DNA of 63,751 nucleotides, the filler included, from Cercozoa sp. M6MM (Eukaryota > Protista > Endomyxa: Ascetosporea), in assembly GCA_040357565.1 (NCBI GenBank). It is 7 parts of 7 records of this genome, joined end to end, with 100 filler letters (N's around TTAATTAATTAA, not from the genome) between each part and the next. Parts side by side here need not be neighbours in the genome. Positions count along the whole stretch, not along the records: positions 16,865 to 34,742 come from JBDODJ010000250.1; positions 34,843 to 57,471 come from JBDODJ010000181.1; 5 more parts are not named here. The stretch is one strand, 5' to 3'. This document shows, in pieces, positions 31,121 through 44,490 of the stretch. The translations under genes and the position numbers were made by a program. The stretch's first letter is position 1; each line of letters starts with the position of its first letter. The notes beneath the pieces are model-generated. The model did no database searches. It saw only the letters and a program-made list of their open reading frames with translations, and was not told the DNA's origin.

Positions 31121-32420
31121 ATGAGCCAGGGGTTTTCTTTTGCTGTGCAACAGCTCTCTCCTGCACCCGACTCGGATCGATATTACATCAATCCCTTCCT
31201 GCGCGTGAGTTTTTTGTTTTAGGTGCTCACGGGGAATGAGATGTGATGTGCGTGTGAATCCAGGAAGAGAAAACTGCAAAGTTCGCAAAGCAGTCACTCG
31301 AAAATCGTGCTGTCATCGATCCCCGTAAACATACGCTTCTTTCCCTTTCAATTTTCCCCGCCCGCGTCGTATCCGAATTCACCTGAGTGCTGTAGAGAGC
31401 GAGCAGAAACTGCGTCAGCGCTTTGCTGAAGTGTTCGAACGTTTGCTCTGTGGTACAGATCTGCTACCAACGCGTCGTTTCGTTCTTCACAACTTAAGTA
31501 CCGTATCTCCAGAAGCGCGCAAGACAAGCGACTTCAACCAGGTGTTGAAGGGATGGCCTGTTTACAACGGTGCCGCGGGTGTCGCTCTCGCTCTTGCTCA
31601 GGTGTGCGAGTCCAATGGTGATTTTAAATTACTTGCCTGGGTTGTATCCATTCCGCGCGTATCACGCATTGTGTTGATAGAAACGTGGGTGCACAATGTT
31701 CTCATCGAGAAGACACGGAAGCCTGACATTCGACGTGCAAAGCAAGAAGTGCTTCGGCTGTCGTCGGTAAAAGTCGTCTCGATGTGCAGTTGTGCACTTA
31801 AAGGACTTTGTGTGTCGTTCCATAGGCCGTGATCAAAGCGGCCATTCACCGCAGCCGAAAATCGCGTCACGACATCTCTCTTCTGTGTGGCCACGTGGGT
31901 ACATCGCATTTTTAACACCACCGCCACCTTCGTTGCGACAATAACCGAACGTGTTTTCCTTGAAAGGTGTCTGGGCCGTGGCTGCGTACATTGCCAACCG
32001 TCGTGTGCAGTTCGAAGACGACGTTGAAAAATACAGTATGCTTTCATTGACTAGAATAAACAAAATTGTCAGTGTTGTGTATTTCCCTGGTGCCCGAATT
32101 CACAGCCACGCGGAAAGACATGTGCGTGACTCACGTCTTGTCGGTGGGTAGCGACACAGAAAGTGCGGCTTATCTGTCGCAGGAGTTTGAGCTTCTCTAC
32201 GGTAGTCGCCTTAAAAATTTAACTGTAGTGCCTGTGTGCTAAGATACTTTTGCTCATTTGCAATAGGACGAAGTGGATACCTGTCAGCACTGCTGTTCTT
32301 GAAGCGACGCGGACTCCTGCAGAAGTTGCCACGGTGCGTGCACACCATCACCGAACGCATCGTGCGCGCTGTACGTCTCTACTCTTTGTGTGCATGTTTG
32401 TGTGTGTGTGTGTGCGTGTA

Positions 32421-32473
<53 letters not shown>

Positions 32474-33768
32474 CCAAGTGTGTGTGTGCATGTGAGTGCT
32501 TATGCAACTCCCGATAGGGCAAGCGCACGGCTGCGCATTGGCAGCGTCACTGGGTGGGCGATGCACGCGACTCGCTGTTGCCGCTCTTTCCCATCAGTAC
32601 TTAAATCTGTTAGATTTGTCGAAGCATGTATCGACAGCTGCGTGCAGTGTACGAGTGGCATGATCGACTGTACTTGGGTGCTGCACACGGCGTTGTCGGT
32701 ATCCTTCTGTGTAGCTTTATTTTACTTCATTTGTGGAGTCTTGAATTGACTGTGCCGCAGGCATTGCTGCCATGGTCGCGGCGACTGCGACGAGTGAAGT
32801 CGACGACAGCACGAGTGTTGACAGTGGAACGAAAAAGATACTCTCGGTGTGCGCACGAACGCTCATTGCCACAAAGTATTGAAACACGCACATGCAGACC
32901 ATTCTGCGGAGATCTTTCATTGTTTTTGTGTGCACTCGTTGTGCAGAACGGTCACCGAGCGAAGTTCGAAAAACCCGAATGTTCCGTCCAGCTTGGTATT
33001 TTCCTCCCTGTGTTTTGGTTGAATTATCTACGCTCTGGACGCGTGGGCTCTTGTAGAACGCCATTGCGCATCACGGGCATCCGCACGCGTTCCCATTGGT
33101 GCAGTTCTGCCACGGTGCGCCTGGAACGTCTGTCGCTGCTGCAATCATCTCGCAGGCCATTCGCGATGCGTACTCTCAGTGCTTCTGGCATTTTTCTAAA
33201 AGTAATTTCAATCTTTGGCACAGGGGCGGAGTTATGGGGTCAACCACTGATGAAATGTCTCGCCATTTGCGGCAACTGAGTCAGTGGCAGCGCGCGCTGT
33301 GCGATGTCGTCTGGAAGCGTGGTGTCTTGCGCAAGGGCGTCTCGCTGTGTACTTTGACCGAGCTTTAACTTTGTTGTCGCCTCGGTGATTTCATCACAAA
33401 CTCAGGCCATGGCACAAGCGGCAACGCGTTGGCGATGCTCATCGGTGCTCGAGAAGGTTAGTTTCTGCTTTACTTTGCCTTGTTTAGATAGATCTGTCCC
33501 AATGTGCGTGAGCGCAGCGGACGATGTGCCACGCGGCGTGTGGCGTGCGGTGCACTTCGCACTGCTGGCTCCGTCGTTCGAGATAGAAGATGATTTGCAA
33601 AGTGAAAGCAGCGTCGTCGGCAGTGGCGGTGACGTGGGAGAGCACCGTACAACAAGCACAAAAGACGACTTCTCTCTGTTTGAGGGCTTCGCCGGAGAAC
33701 TTGAGATGCTGAGACAGCTGCTAACCCTTCCGCTGCGTGAGGTGCACTTCCCGCTCTTTCCATCGTAG
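31121..33768 (+). CDS. LANCL: eukaryotic LanC-like protein (LANCL/GCR2 type)
   Basis: DRYYINPF, VYNGAAG, ELLYGRSGYL, YEWHDRLYLGAAHG, NVPSSL, LVQFCHGAPG, VWKRGVLRKGVSLCHGTSGN, FSLFEGFAG, HFPLF; Zn-ligand motifs present. Confidence 0.92.
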
Positions 33769-34006
33769 ATTCCACCCACGCGGCGCGTCGCACCTGCCTC
33801 GCCATGTACTGCGCGCTCGACGAACTTTTGGCTGCGCCGAAACAACTGAACGGCAAGCGAACTGGAAGCGAACTTGACCGGACGGAATCGGCCAACATGG
33901 CGCGACGCTATCGTATGTCGAGTAACCAACGTACTTGACTGTGATGTCGTCATTGTATCTACAGGCACTAACTACTACCGTGTCGTAGCAAAACTTGAAA
34001 CTTCAT

Positions 34007-34733
34007 CAGCTTGAGCTGTGCCGTCGCGTACCAGCGGTACCATTAGCCAGGATGCATACACGCAGGTGAGGCGTCAGTTAAAGCGAAGGGAAAGAAGACT
34101 CACGAGGGCGGTGCATGCTGCACGTGCAGGTGTCGCGGCACGGGCACTTGCGGTGGCTGCTACACTCGCATACCAGCAATAAGAAGAGGGGTAGAGTGGG
34201 TAGACGGGAGGGAGTAACAATACCATGCTCTGCGACTGCGGCGGTCGTGGAGCGCGACGCGACGACTTGTTTAGATAGTCGCGGAAAAAGGCTTCGCTCT
34301 GAGGGGGGGGGGGGTAAGGGGATAAAGGCGGCAAGAGAGACAGAGGCACCTCCATGCAGGTGAGCGGGTCGGGTCGGCGCCGCGCGTCGGGCGACAGGCA
34401 GCTGCGCAGAAAAGTCTTCACGTCGGCCGGCACCTTCTGTCGCGCCTGTGCACAACAGCAGTGGTAGTGTGACCCCCTGTAGTATTACCCCCTTCACCCC
34501 TTTCTGCAGACCTACCAGGCAGTTGGCAGGATCGCGTTCGTCGGGGAACTGAACTTCCGAGAAACGACTGATCACGTTCTGCTGCATGATCTGCTCCTGC
34601 ACAGGGGGATAAGATGGGGTAGACGGACAGGGGGAGGGGGCTACGGGGGTCATACCTGAGTCATGCCGTGTCCGAAGGGTTTCACGCCATACAACAACTG
34701 ATACAAGATGACGCCGGCACTCCACACATCCAC
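34007..34733 (-). CDS. TLK: Tousled-like kinase, C-terminal part (5' partial)
   Basis: [44 protein letters not shown]...KTFLRSCL matches the TLK-type KPFGH..Q..I...EVQFP segment. 3' end approximate. Confidence 0.8.
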
Positions 34734-34842
34734 CTACGGGGGNNNNNNNNNNNNNNNNNNNNNNNNNNNNNNNNNNNNNNNNNNNNTTAATTAATTAANN
34801 NNNNNNNNNNNNNNNNNNNNNNNNNNNNNNNNNNNNNNNNNN

Positions 34843-35238
34843 GGGGGGGGGGGGGGGTAAACAGGGGGGTAAAATGGGGGGAGTATACATGGAGGTAAAG
34901 GGCGGTAAAATAGGGGGTAAAGGGTGGTAAAATAGGGGGTAAAGGGTGGTAAAATAGGGGGTAAAGGATGGTAAAATAGGGGGTAAAATAGGGGGCAAAG
35001 GGTGGTAAAATAGGGGGTAAAATAGGGCAAAATAGCGGGCAACATAGGGGAGTACGATAGGGGGTAAAATAGGGGAGTAAGCGGAGGTAAAAAATGGGGG
35101 AAGGGGGGTAAACATGCGGGTAGGGGGGGGGGGAAACATGCGGTGGGGAGGAGTTAAAAGGAGTAAACGGGGTTAAAGGGGGTTAAAGGGGGTGAGAGGG
35201 GGTTAAAGGGGGTGAGAGGGGGTTAAAGGGGGTTAAAC
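34843..35238 (-). repeat. degenerate (TTTACCCC)n intronic minisatellite (G-rich on + strand); also 35775-36057, 55615-55760, 56244-56510, 56640-56925, 57295-57460
   Basis: Visible ggggtaaa / agggggtaaa arrays inside introns of minus-strand genes. Confidence 0.9.
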
Positions 35239-37077
35239 CTTCTCCATCGGTCCAAAGTGGTCGGAAGGCTTGCGAGTGCCGTCCTTGCCGAGGTAGCGCT
35301 GAACCACCTTGCTGCCCAACGTGGCTCCAGCAAACACGAAGACTGGTCGACCGTAGTGCCGCAGCGGCGACGTGTCGAACGAGATTCGGATGTCTTTGCT
35401 CACCTAAGGGGGGGAGTAAATAGGAGGTAAGGGGGTAAAGAGGGGTACATGATGGAACGTCGCCAACACACGTCGCATACGTCGCAACTGACCCTGATTC
35501 CACTTGACCAACACGTCGCATTCGTCGGCTACCACTACCTGCGGAGGATAGAAAGCGGGGAGGGGGGTAAAAAGGGGGGGGGGGTAAAAAGGGGGTAAAG
35601 GGAGGGTAAAGTAACCTTGGTATGCAACGCCATGTCCTTGGTCAGATTGAACTCGGCAGCCTTAGCTGTAGCCACCACAATGTCAGGCACACGGTCCACC
35701 GCAATGCCATGTCGCAGAGATCCGTCTTCCTTCTTGGGCAACCGTTCGAACAACTCCGTGTGGCGGCTGTATGGCCATCTGCGGGGGTTGAGGGGAGTAA
35801 ATGGGGGAGGGGGTAATAGAGAGGTAAACAGGGGGGTAAGGGGGTACAGGGGTAGGGGTAAAGAGGTAAGGGGGTAAAGGAGTAAGGGGGTAAAGAGGTA
35901 AGGGGGGTAAAGGAGTAAGGGGATAAAGAGGTAAGGGGGTAAGGGGGTAAAGGAGCAAGGGGGTAAGGGGTAAAGGGGTAAGGGTCAGGGGGTAAGGGAG
36001 TAAAGGGGTAAGGGGTAAGGGGTCAAGGAGAAGGGAGTAGGGGTGTAGGGGTGTGAAACCGCTCGGCCGTCTCGACGCCAAAGACGGAGAGATGCGACTG
36101 TCCACACAGTGTCCTCAGTACCTGCGTGGTCTGCCGGACTAGTTCGGCACTGGGACACAGCACGAAAGCACGTGTCCACCGACGTTGCGAGGCCAGTTGT
36201 GCCAGCTCTGACAGAGAGTCTGAGTTGCGCAAGACCACGTCGTCGTCGCTGAGCAGACGAGACACTAGGGGTGCCGCGAAGGCCAACGTCTTGCCGCTGC
36301 CTGTCTCGGCACCCAGTACCACACACCCGAATCCGTCATGTTCCTGAGGGGGGTAATATAATAGGTGGGTGAGGTGGGTAATAAGGCGACTAATATAATA
36401 GGTGGGTAATATAATAGGTGGGTAACAAGGTGGCTAATATAATAGGCGGGTTATATAATAGGTGGGTAATATAACAGGCGGGTTACATAATAGGTGGGTA
36501 ATATAATAGGTGGGGTAAATAGGAGGCAAAATAAAAGGTAAGGTAGGGGAGGGGCAAAACGAGAAACGCACGCTATCGCCCGAGTGGTGGCGCGCCATGT
36601 GTTGAAAGGCGAGGTGCTGGATGCGCGTGGCGTGCCGCACGCCCATCTGCGCCAGTCGCTGTTGCACGTGCGCATGCAGTCCGTAACTCTCGTCGCTCAG
36701 AGGCACCAGTTCCTCGTCCTGCCTATCCTTCACTGTAGCCGCTGATGTAGCCACCTCTGTAACCTCTGTAGCTACTTCGGTAGCCTTTGTAGCCACTTCG
36801 GTAGCCTCTGTAGCATCTGTGCCCACCTGGCTCACCTCGGCATCCACCACTGGCTGGAAGAACCGTCCGTCGTTCCGCGCCACTGACGGGTCCAGAGCTG
36901 GCACTGCACAGCAGACACACACACACACACCGTCAGAAAAAACATACATGCACACTTTAGCGTTTCTTGTTTTTTGGCGTTTCGCAACATACCCGGCCTC
37001 AGAAGTGGATCGCGAACCTTCTGGCCCACGCCACGAGCGGCTACACGTACCGAACGTGTTAGCACGCGTCTGTGCAT
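35239..37077 (-). CDS. probable organellar DEAD-box helicase (3' partial)
   Basis: Arg-rich presequence-like N-terminus MHRRVLTRSVRVAARG; Q-motif [21 protein letters not shown], motif II VVVADECD. Confidence 0.8.
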
Positions 37078-37314
37078 CGTCGCAGCTCTATACAACAAGA
37101 ATTCAAGGGCGCTTCTATGTGTTGGCTTCTGAGCCGACACAGCACGAATGGAATCACGGTCACCAGTCAGCTGCTTTTGGTTTTTTTTGAGAGTTTCTCC
37201 AGTCATTTAGAGTTTGCCGCCCAACTGATGCGTTTTCTGTGCGACTCTATTGCGTAGAGTTCGCCTGAATATAGGCAGGTCTGTGGACAAGCTCGATCGC
37301 GACAGCAACTCAGA

Positions 37315-38237
37315 ATGCAAGTCTTTCTGCAAGCTTGCAACGGCACGTTTCTCAACGGAGAGACGGCGATTTTCGATTCGCAGCAGCCGACCGAGCAGCA
37401 CGAGCTGCAGTTCAACCCGGTGTCGGAATGGCGCTTTACACTCCAGGTGCGTCCAATTCTTGGCAGCTCGCAGTCAAACTGGTTCAGTTTTACTTCAGTT
37501 TGAAAAAGCACAGTCCAAAAGCGGATACGTTGGATCGATTGGAACTGGAGTGACAATCACGCACATTCCTGTAGAGGTATATGGTTTGATAGAAAGAAGC
37601 TGAACTGCGAAATTCAACTTTGCTCAGTTCGTTCTTGCTCCACTCGGCGAGAACAACCTCGTGGCCATCCGCGCTCCCAACAATGCTTACCTTTGCGCCG
37701 ACAGCACCGGAAAGCTGAGTGCCACGGCCAACAGTCCAGGTACCAATCAGCTCACAAAAGTCCTTTTTTGCAGTAATTCGTTCTTTTTTTTTAGTGGAGC
37801 CAAACGCGCAATTCACACTGGCCGGAAGTGGCATCAATGAGACGACTCTTGCGTCGGCACTAGAACCCAACGTTGCTGGCTTGCTTCATTTATTGCTTCT
37901 TGGTTTCTTTTCTGTTTTCTTTGTTTAAAGCTTCTATTTAGGTGGTCTGTTGATAGGTGACGAAGGTGTTGCACGCAAAATGGTGCTCAAAGCGTCGAAT
38001 GGAAAGTTTGTCTGCGGCGATCGATCCGGCATGCTGTACCCGAATCGCGACCAAGCACAAGCATGGTACGAATCGAATTAAATAACTCTAATTTAAAGCG
38101 TACATCGCAGACACTTGTCACAGGGAAGAATTTGTGCTTGTTCCAACCGCGCGAAAGGGTTACTTTGCTATTCGCAACGCGCATGGAAAGTATGCTAGCT
38201 TATGGCCAGTGGTTTTTTCACATCCAGATTACAAAAG

Positions 38238-38332
<95 letters not shown>

Positions 38333-38755
38333 AATCCGAAAATTCGCTCACATTTGTAGGTATGTGTGCGCCGAACAAAACGGCGTTCTAGTTGGAAATC
38401 GTCCCAGACCACAAGGTGCAGTATCATAAACATTTCTGTTTCGGTATCAAGAGAAACGAGGAAACCGTTTGTGCAACACAGGTTGGGAAGAATTCCAGAT
38501 TCTCGTTGTTGCGCAAGATCGCATCGCACTTCGCACGGTGCACAACACGTTCGTCTCGAGTGCACAAGCTATGCTGACGCACAAATCAGAAATTCAAGAG
38601 ACTGAGATCTTTGACATTGACTGTGCGTTCCTCTGTGGTCGTCAATAGTGAGTCCTTAATGTGTGTGTGTTTCGCAAGTGCAGTGGGGTTTGAGGATCCG
38701 AACGAAGGTGCTCGTTTTGTTGCTCATAAACAAGCTCGCATGCGAGTTGAACAGC

Positions 38756-38808
<53 letters not shown>

Positions 38809-40382
38809 GAACAACTGCAGCGACAGCAACAGGAACAAACGACGCAGCAACAGCAGCAAGAAGAAAAGCCGGCAGAATCCACTGAAGCGGTTTCGCAAGA
38901 GCAGCGATCGGAGTCTGCGAAAGCTGGGTCGTACATTGAAGATGCCGCGCCCACAGCGCCTACTGTGATTTTTTTTTTTATTTGTAGCGTTGAACTAGTT
39001 TTGCTTTAACAACTGAATGTATTGTGAGTGTACAGGTCAACCCGTACCCTCACTTCGACCCGGAGGCAGACGCACAGGCGCTTCGTCAAGCAATGAAAGG
39101 CTTTGGCACGGACGAGGGCGAACTTATTCGAATTCTCGGAACGCGCACGAACGCGCAACGGCAAGAAATCAAGACAGTGTACCAGAATATGTTCGGACGA
39201 GACCTCGAAAAGGACGTGGAGTCGGTACAGTACATCTAGAGATTATTGCTCTTTGTTTTGTGTCGTATTTTAATTTGTCATACGTTAGGAAACGGCGGGA
39301 TGCTTCGAAAAACTGTGTTTGGCCCTGCTTTACACACCGGCGGTAAGTGATACAGATTTGGTGTTTGAACCTCAAATAATAGTAGAGTCCGTTCCTTGTA
39401 GGTGTTTGATGCGCGTTCCTTGCGGAAAGCCATGAAGGGTCTTGGAACCGACGAAGACACGATGATTGAGGTCATTCTGACGCGAACGTCGGAGCAGGTA
39501 CCTCTGGTGTAGTGAAATTGGTTGATTCACTGACTAAAAGAAACTGTAGATCAAGAAGGTCAGTGACGAATTCCAAAAGCTCACTGGCAAATCGCTGCTG
39601 GAGGAAGCAGCCTCGGAGCTGAGCGGGAAACTCGAGAACGTTATTCTCACTGTTCTGCGAGGCGAGCGTCCTCCCGAAAGCACGCCCGTCGACGTGTCGG
39701 CTGCGAAGGTGATCATATTGTTGCTTGTGTCGGTTCGTATTACCGCTGGTGAATTGACACAGAACGACGCACGCCGCCTGAAAGAAGCCGGTCTTGACAA
39801 AATCGGCACCGACGATGACGTATGAAAAGCCTCTTTTTGTTTGTCCCCGTTCGAGGATGCTGTAGGTGTTCATGGACATCTTCACGCGTCGCTCGTTCCG
39901 CCAGCTGCGCGCAACCTTCATGGAGTACGGCAAGATCGCGGATCGCACCATGCCCAAGACGGTGAAAAAAGAGTTCCACGGCGATCTGGAGAAAGCACTG
40001 CTGGCGATCTGTCGCGCCGCTATCGATCCAGCGGATTACTTTGCCGAACGACTCTACCGCAGCGTTCATGTACTTTTACTCTATATAGACTGACGTCTTT
40101 AAAAGGCTGAGGTTTCTTCTGGTGTTTTTGCGGCAGGGACTCGGCACGAACGACAAGTTGTTGATCCGCGTCGTGGTGAGTCGTTCCGAGATTGATCTCG
40201 GTCTGGTCGACCAAGCACTCGACAAGTACACTGATGGACGCACACTGCGCAACGTTGTGGACGGCGACACACGAGGCCACTACAAGGAACTGGTACCCGC
40301 AGAACCACATGGACTGTCTGCTTTTCTGTACTCGTGTGTTTACCCAATACAGCTGCTCAAAATCATCAACCAGGACGAGTAG
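37315..40382 (+). CDS. annexin with two N-terminal fascin-like beta-trefoil domains and a polyQ linker
   Basis: Fascin-type repeats [55 protein letters not shown]; (CAA)n polyQ; four annexin repeats ([28 protein letters not shown]); in-frame GT-AG junction APT|VNPYP. Confidence 0.85.
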
Positions 40383-41123
40383 TTAGTCTCGTGTCCCCCT
40401 TGAAAACTCAATCGAAAAACAAGCCTTCCCATCCAGTCTCTTTGTACCGCGCATCGCATTAAAATGGCCCCGATGTGCTGTGAATGCACTCGCCACCGAA
40501 AGTTGCTTTTACAGTTTAGATTACGTTACAAAAAAACTAAAACGATATTGTTACAGACTGACTCAGATTATGCAGTCTCCGCGGGGATAAACCCAGACAG
40601 ACCAGTTGGTCTCCCATCATTGAAGCAAAAGAGAAAGAAGAGTTAAGAGTTTGTGGCTCTACGGTACTACTGCCCATAGAGCTGTGACTGGACCTGTCTG
40701 AAAGCCTGTCCCTGTAGATTGAGCCTGCCAGTTGGCAAAGAGAAAACCTCATCTAAATTACTTGGCATCAGCTGGTCAGTTGCTCTGCAGTTTGTACTGA
40801 TATCCACCTCTACAAGTAAGCATTGGCTGCTGTAGAGAGAAGGGGTTTTCTTGTTAAATCTTCTCACGATTTTCCCCGTGACGGAAGATTCCGTCTATAA
40901 CTCCGTCTAGTTTGACGTAAGAACCCAGTTGGGGTAATTCTTCACTTCGCTTCTTCAAACTAAATCATTTGATTTCCTCGCTTCGTCTAATTGACGACTT
41001 ACTTCTTTTATTTAGTTCTTTTCACTGACAACCGTCAGTAACAATATGCCGTCTCGCTCGAGCACGTGCCGCGTCCAGTCAGTCAGGTTGCATGTGGAGT
41101 TACGGGTCGGTAGGGACTGCATT

Positions 41124-41800
41124 TCATTTGGACGGAAGTTGTGGGAGTTCAGCTGGAACTGGCTTCAGCCAATTAGCGGTAATTCTTGCCGCACTTGCCG
41201 CAGGCGGCAGCGTTGCCCGAGCGCGTCGGAGTGCCTGCAGCAAACACAACACCATAGGGTTTTGGTGCCTCGCATCATGATGGAATTGAAAAAGGGAAAT
41301 TGAAAGGGAATCTAAAGGGGTTGCAATTGCGGCGGTACCGTCGGCAGAGTTGCGCTTGCAGGCCTTGCACATCGAGGTGCCGCACGACTTGCAGCTAATC
41401 TTGTCCGAGGTACCTGCGAGCACACAGGCGGCAACAATGGACCATGCATGACAACAAAACCGCATCACACACAGCACCCCCGCCCGCATCGGGTATCCGT
41501 ACCACAGCCAGACGAGTGACGGCACATGTTTCTTGAGAGGTTGGTAGGGTGGGGTCAAAAGACGAAAACAAAACGTTGTGTATGTTGCGTTTCGGTGCTG
41601 CGAGGAGCGAGCGTGAGCAGCGCACGTCGAAACGCGTGCGCTCGTGGGTGCTTCGAGGGCACTCCCGATACGATCGTCGCTGGACCGATCTTCGGTGCGG
41701 TTGTCGGCGAGGAGAGGCGCTATATCTCCAACACGGGCTTATGGGCCGTGCACGTTAACCCTCAGCAAACCCAACTCATCGCCGCCCGGCCGGGGCGGGG
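41124..41800 (-). CDS. possible small Cys-rich hypothetical protein
   Basis: Exon GTSDKISCKSCGTSMCKACKRNSAD with two CxxC, bounded by AG/GT; 5' exons unresolved. Confidence 0.3.
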
Positions 41801-42030
41801 TCGGGGCAATGCAGATTTATCACGGTCCGGGTCATAGCCTGAGTTGATTAAAGCTTTAGAAATCACACAGTACACTAGTTGGTGGCTAAACAACCTGTTA
41901 CACCAAACAGCACTAAAATGAAACAAGCACGTCGAGTGCAGTCGAATCCGACCGGATTTGTTGCGATCCTCCTCTGCTCCGGCCGGAGGAGTCTTTCGTC
42001 TTGCCGGAGCACAAGGACCAGCGCAGTGCA

Positions 42031-44490
42031 TTATTCGAGCATTCCGTTGTCGGAAATCAGCACAACGCGGTCCGTTCTAACCAGACAGAACGATCGGGTG
42101 CCCTGGATTGAGTGAAGATAACTCATGGGAGAAAGGTAAACTTACGTCATCTCGTGCATGGCCCAGCGCACGCCTTCGCGACCTCGGCCACTGGCACGCT
42201 CGCCTCCGTCTGCAGCACATAAACTGACACTCCCACAACAACTAGTCAGCACAGGCGAGTGTAAGTGTACAAGGCAGGGCATCGACACGACGCGAGCAGA
42301 TGTCGTTCACCTAGGAGCGGGGGGGGGGGGGTAGTTAAGCAACACGGTGGCAGGCTCGAGGTACCACAACGCCGCCGAACTTGAGCAGTTTGTGCGCAGC
42401 CTTGACACGTGCGAGGTCGCAAGTGAACAGAGCAGCTTGCAGACCGGAATCCTCGAGCGAGAGTGCGCGCAGACATCGCACGAAGTCGACCTGCGAGTCG
42501 TGGAATGTGTTGAGGAAACACACCGGCGCGAACACCTCCTGGCTAAACAGGTCGCTTTCTTCGCTCACATCGGCCAGCACGGTGGCCTTCAGGGCGACTT
42601 CATTCGATTCGAGGACAGTGCCACCGCAGAGAAGTTTCGCGCCTTGTTGTACTGCTTGTTCAACCATTGCGGCGGCTCGTGTGGCTGCCTCTTTCGAAAT
42701 CATGCCGCCCATACGCGTGTTCTGTGTGTGCACATGCTGTGACACTCTTTTCTCCCCATGCTTCGAGGTACCTCAGAGTACGGGTCGGAAGGAACGTAGA
42801 GTTTCGCCTCCTGTGTCACGAGTCGGCGCAGTTCGTCGGCATGACGGTGCGACACGAGCACACGCTGCACCGAGATGCACGACTGACCAGCCTGTGCCAT
42901 GGCACCTGCCACCACGCGTTTCGCCACCGCTGGCAACTGCTCCTTGGGCACTGTGCTGTCTACCACCTGGGGGGGGGGGGGGGGGGGCTAAGGGGTAGAG
43001 GGCAAAGAAAGGGGCGTGGAGGCGTACCACAGTGCCCACACCGCCCAGTTCGAGCACAACGTCGGGCGATCTCGCCAGCGGCAACTGCGCACTTGCTTTG
43101 CGAATGCTCGCACCGGCATTGCCGCCCGTAAAGGACACCAGCTTGACTGCTCAAGAATGGAAGGTAAACGACGAGGTAGTGACAGGACAGAAGGGGGCGG
43201 GGTAGGTGAGTGGCACCATGCGAAAGCACATCAGGCGAACTGCCGAGCCACACTGCCGTTTCGCGTCGCGTCGGTAGCACCGAAAACGTCACCGGGTGTT
43301 CATGTTTCTTGCACTCACTCTGTCAATTAGATCACTCTCGTACAGATACCCCCCCTTATCCCTTCCCCATGGAGAAGCTACAAGAAGAACGTCGTTCAGT
43401 AAGAGAGCCGACAACGGCGTCGCTTCGGCAGGTTTCAGAACGAAAGGCGCACCACACGCCAGAGCAGGAGCAACCTTGTGTGCCACCAAGTTCACTGCAA
43501 ATGATAGCAGTGCATTTAAAGACAATTCAATTGAGAGAAACAACAAAAATACACGGAAAGTTGAAAGGCGTGATGAAGAGACACGCGCCTTTCGGAACCC
43601 GCGTGTGCATGCCGTATAGATCACCAAACTTGCGCAACTTGCTCACTTTGCCCTAAAGCACCGACAGAAAAGGAATACCAAAGCATATAGAAAACTGAAA
43701 GAAAGAAGACAACTCACATCGCCGCGAAGGAATTCTTCAGCTTTCGCGTCAATGTTACTTCCGAATTCGAGCGCAACCTCCGAAGCCTCTTTGAAAAGCC
43801 CAACAGCTTTTTTGCTGGTTTTTGCAATGAAAGCTTCAAAGTAAATTTACCTTTGAAGACACTAATCGCTCTTGCTGCCAACAACTCTTATTTTTGATAT
43901 AGAATACTGAAGAATTATACAAAAATTACACACTTCGACTCGAGCTTCCGAGATGGTTTTGCCGGTTTCAAAACACAACGCCGCCGCGAATTCTTCACTT
44001 CGATTTTCGAGTTCTGCAAAGCGTGCCAAAGTTGCAACTCGAAAAAGCACCCCTGGCAGCAGCTTTTGACTCAACTCACCTTCTGCAACTCCAGCAAGCA
44101 CTCGAGAGCGAATCTCGGGAGCAACGCTCATCGCAACTTCCTCAAGTTCCACGGCCTCAGCGATGGCATATTTCACTAACAAACTCAGTCCAAACGACTT
44201 GAAAGCGACTGAGGTCAAAGATACCATGTTCCCGAGTCGCAGCCTGCACTGTGACCGGTCCGCGCGGATGCCACTTGTCCTGTACTTCCAGAGACTGCCC
44301 ATCCTCTACTAGCCGGCCTAATTCGCTTTAATTCATTACGTTACAATGTGGAAAACACAAATGTCAACCCACCAGCAATCAAAAGCGGCCAGTCACGCCG
44401 GGCGAAAGCCTCAACATCATTGCTTGCCAAACTGACTGCACGCGAGCCAATTCTGGCAGATCTTGCACGTCCTGTACGTAGAAATAGCAT
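42031..44490 (-). CDS. aldehyde dehydrogenase (GapN/lactaldehyde-DH/ALDH21-like branch) with mitochondrial-type presequence
   Basis: MLFLRTGRARSARIGSRAVS leader; ETGKTISEARVE, VNLVAHKVAPALACGAPFVLKPA, SFTG, LELGG, GQSCISVQR, EVFAP, GLQAALFT, SGRGREGVRWAM. Confidence 0.92.

Noticed and set aside
31121-33768. Lanthipeptide biosynthetic cluster
   Set aside because: Ordinary stand-alone eukaryotic LANCL; no dehydratase or precursor peptide nearby.
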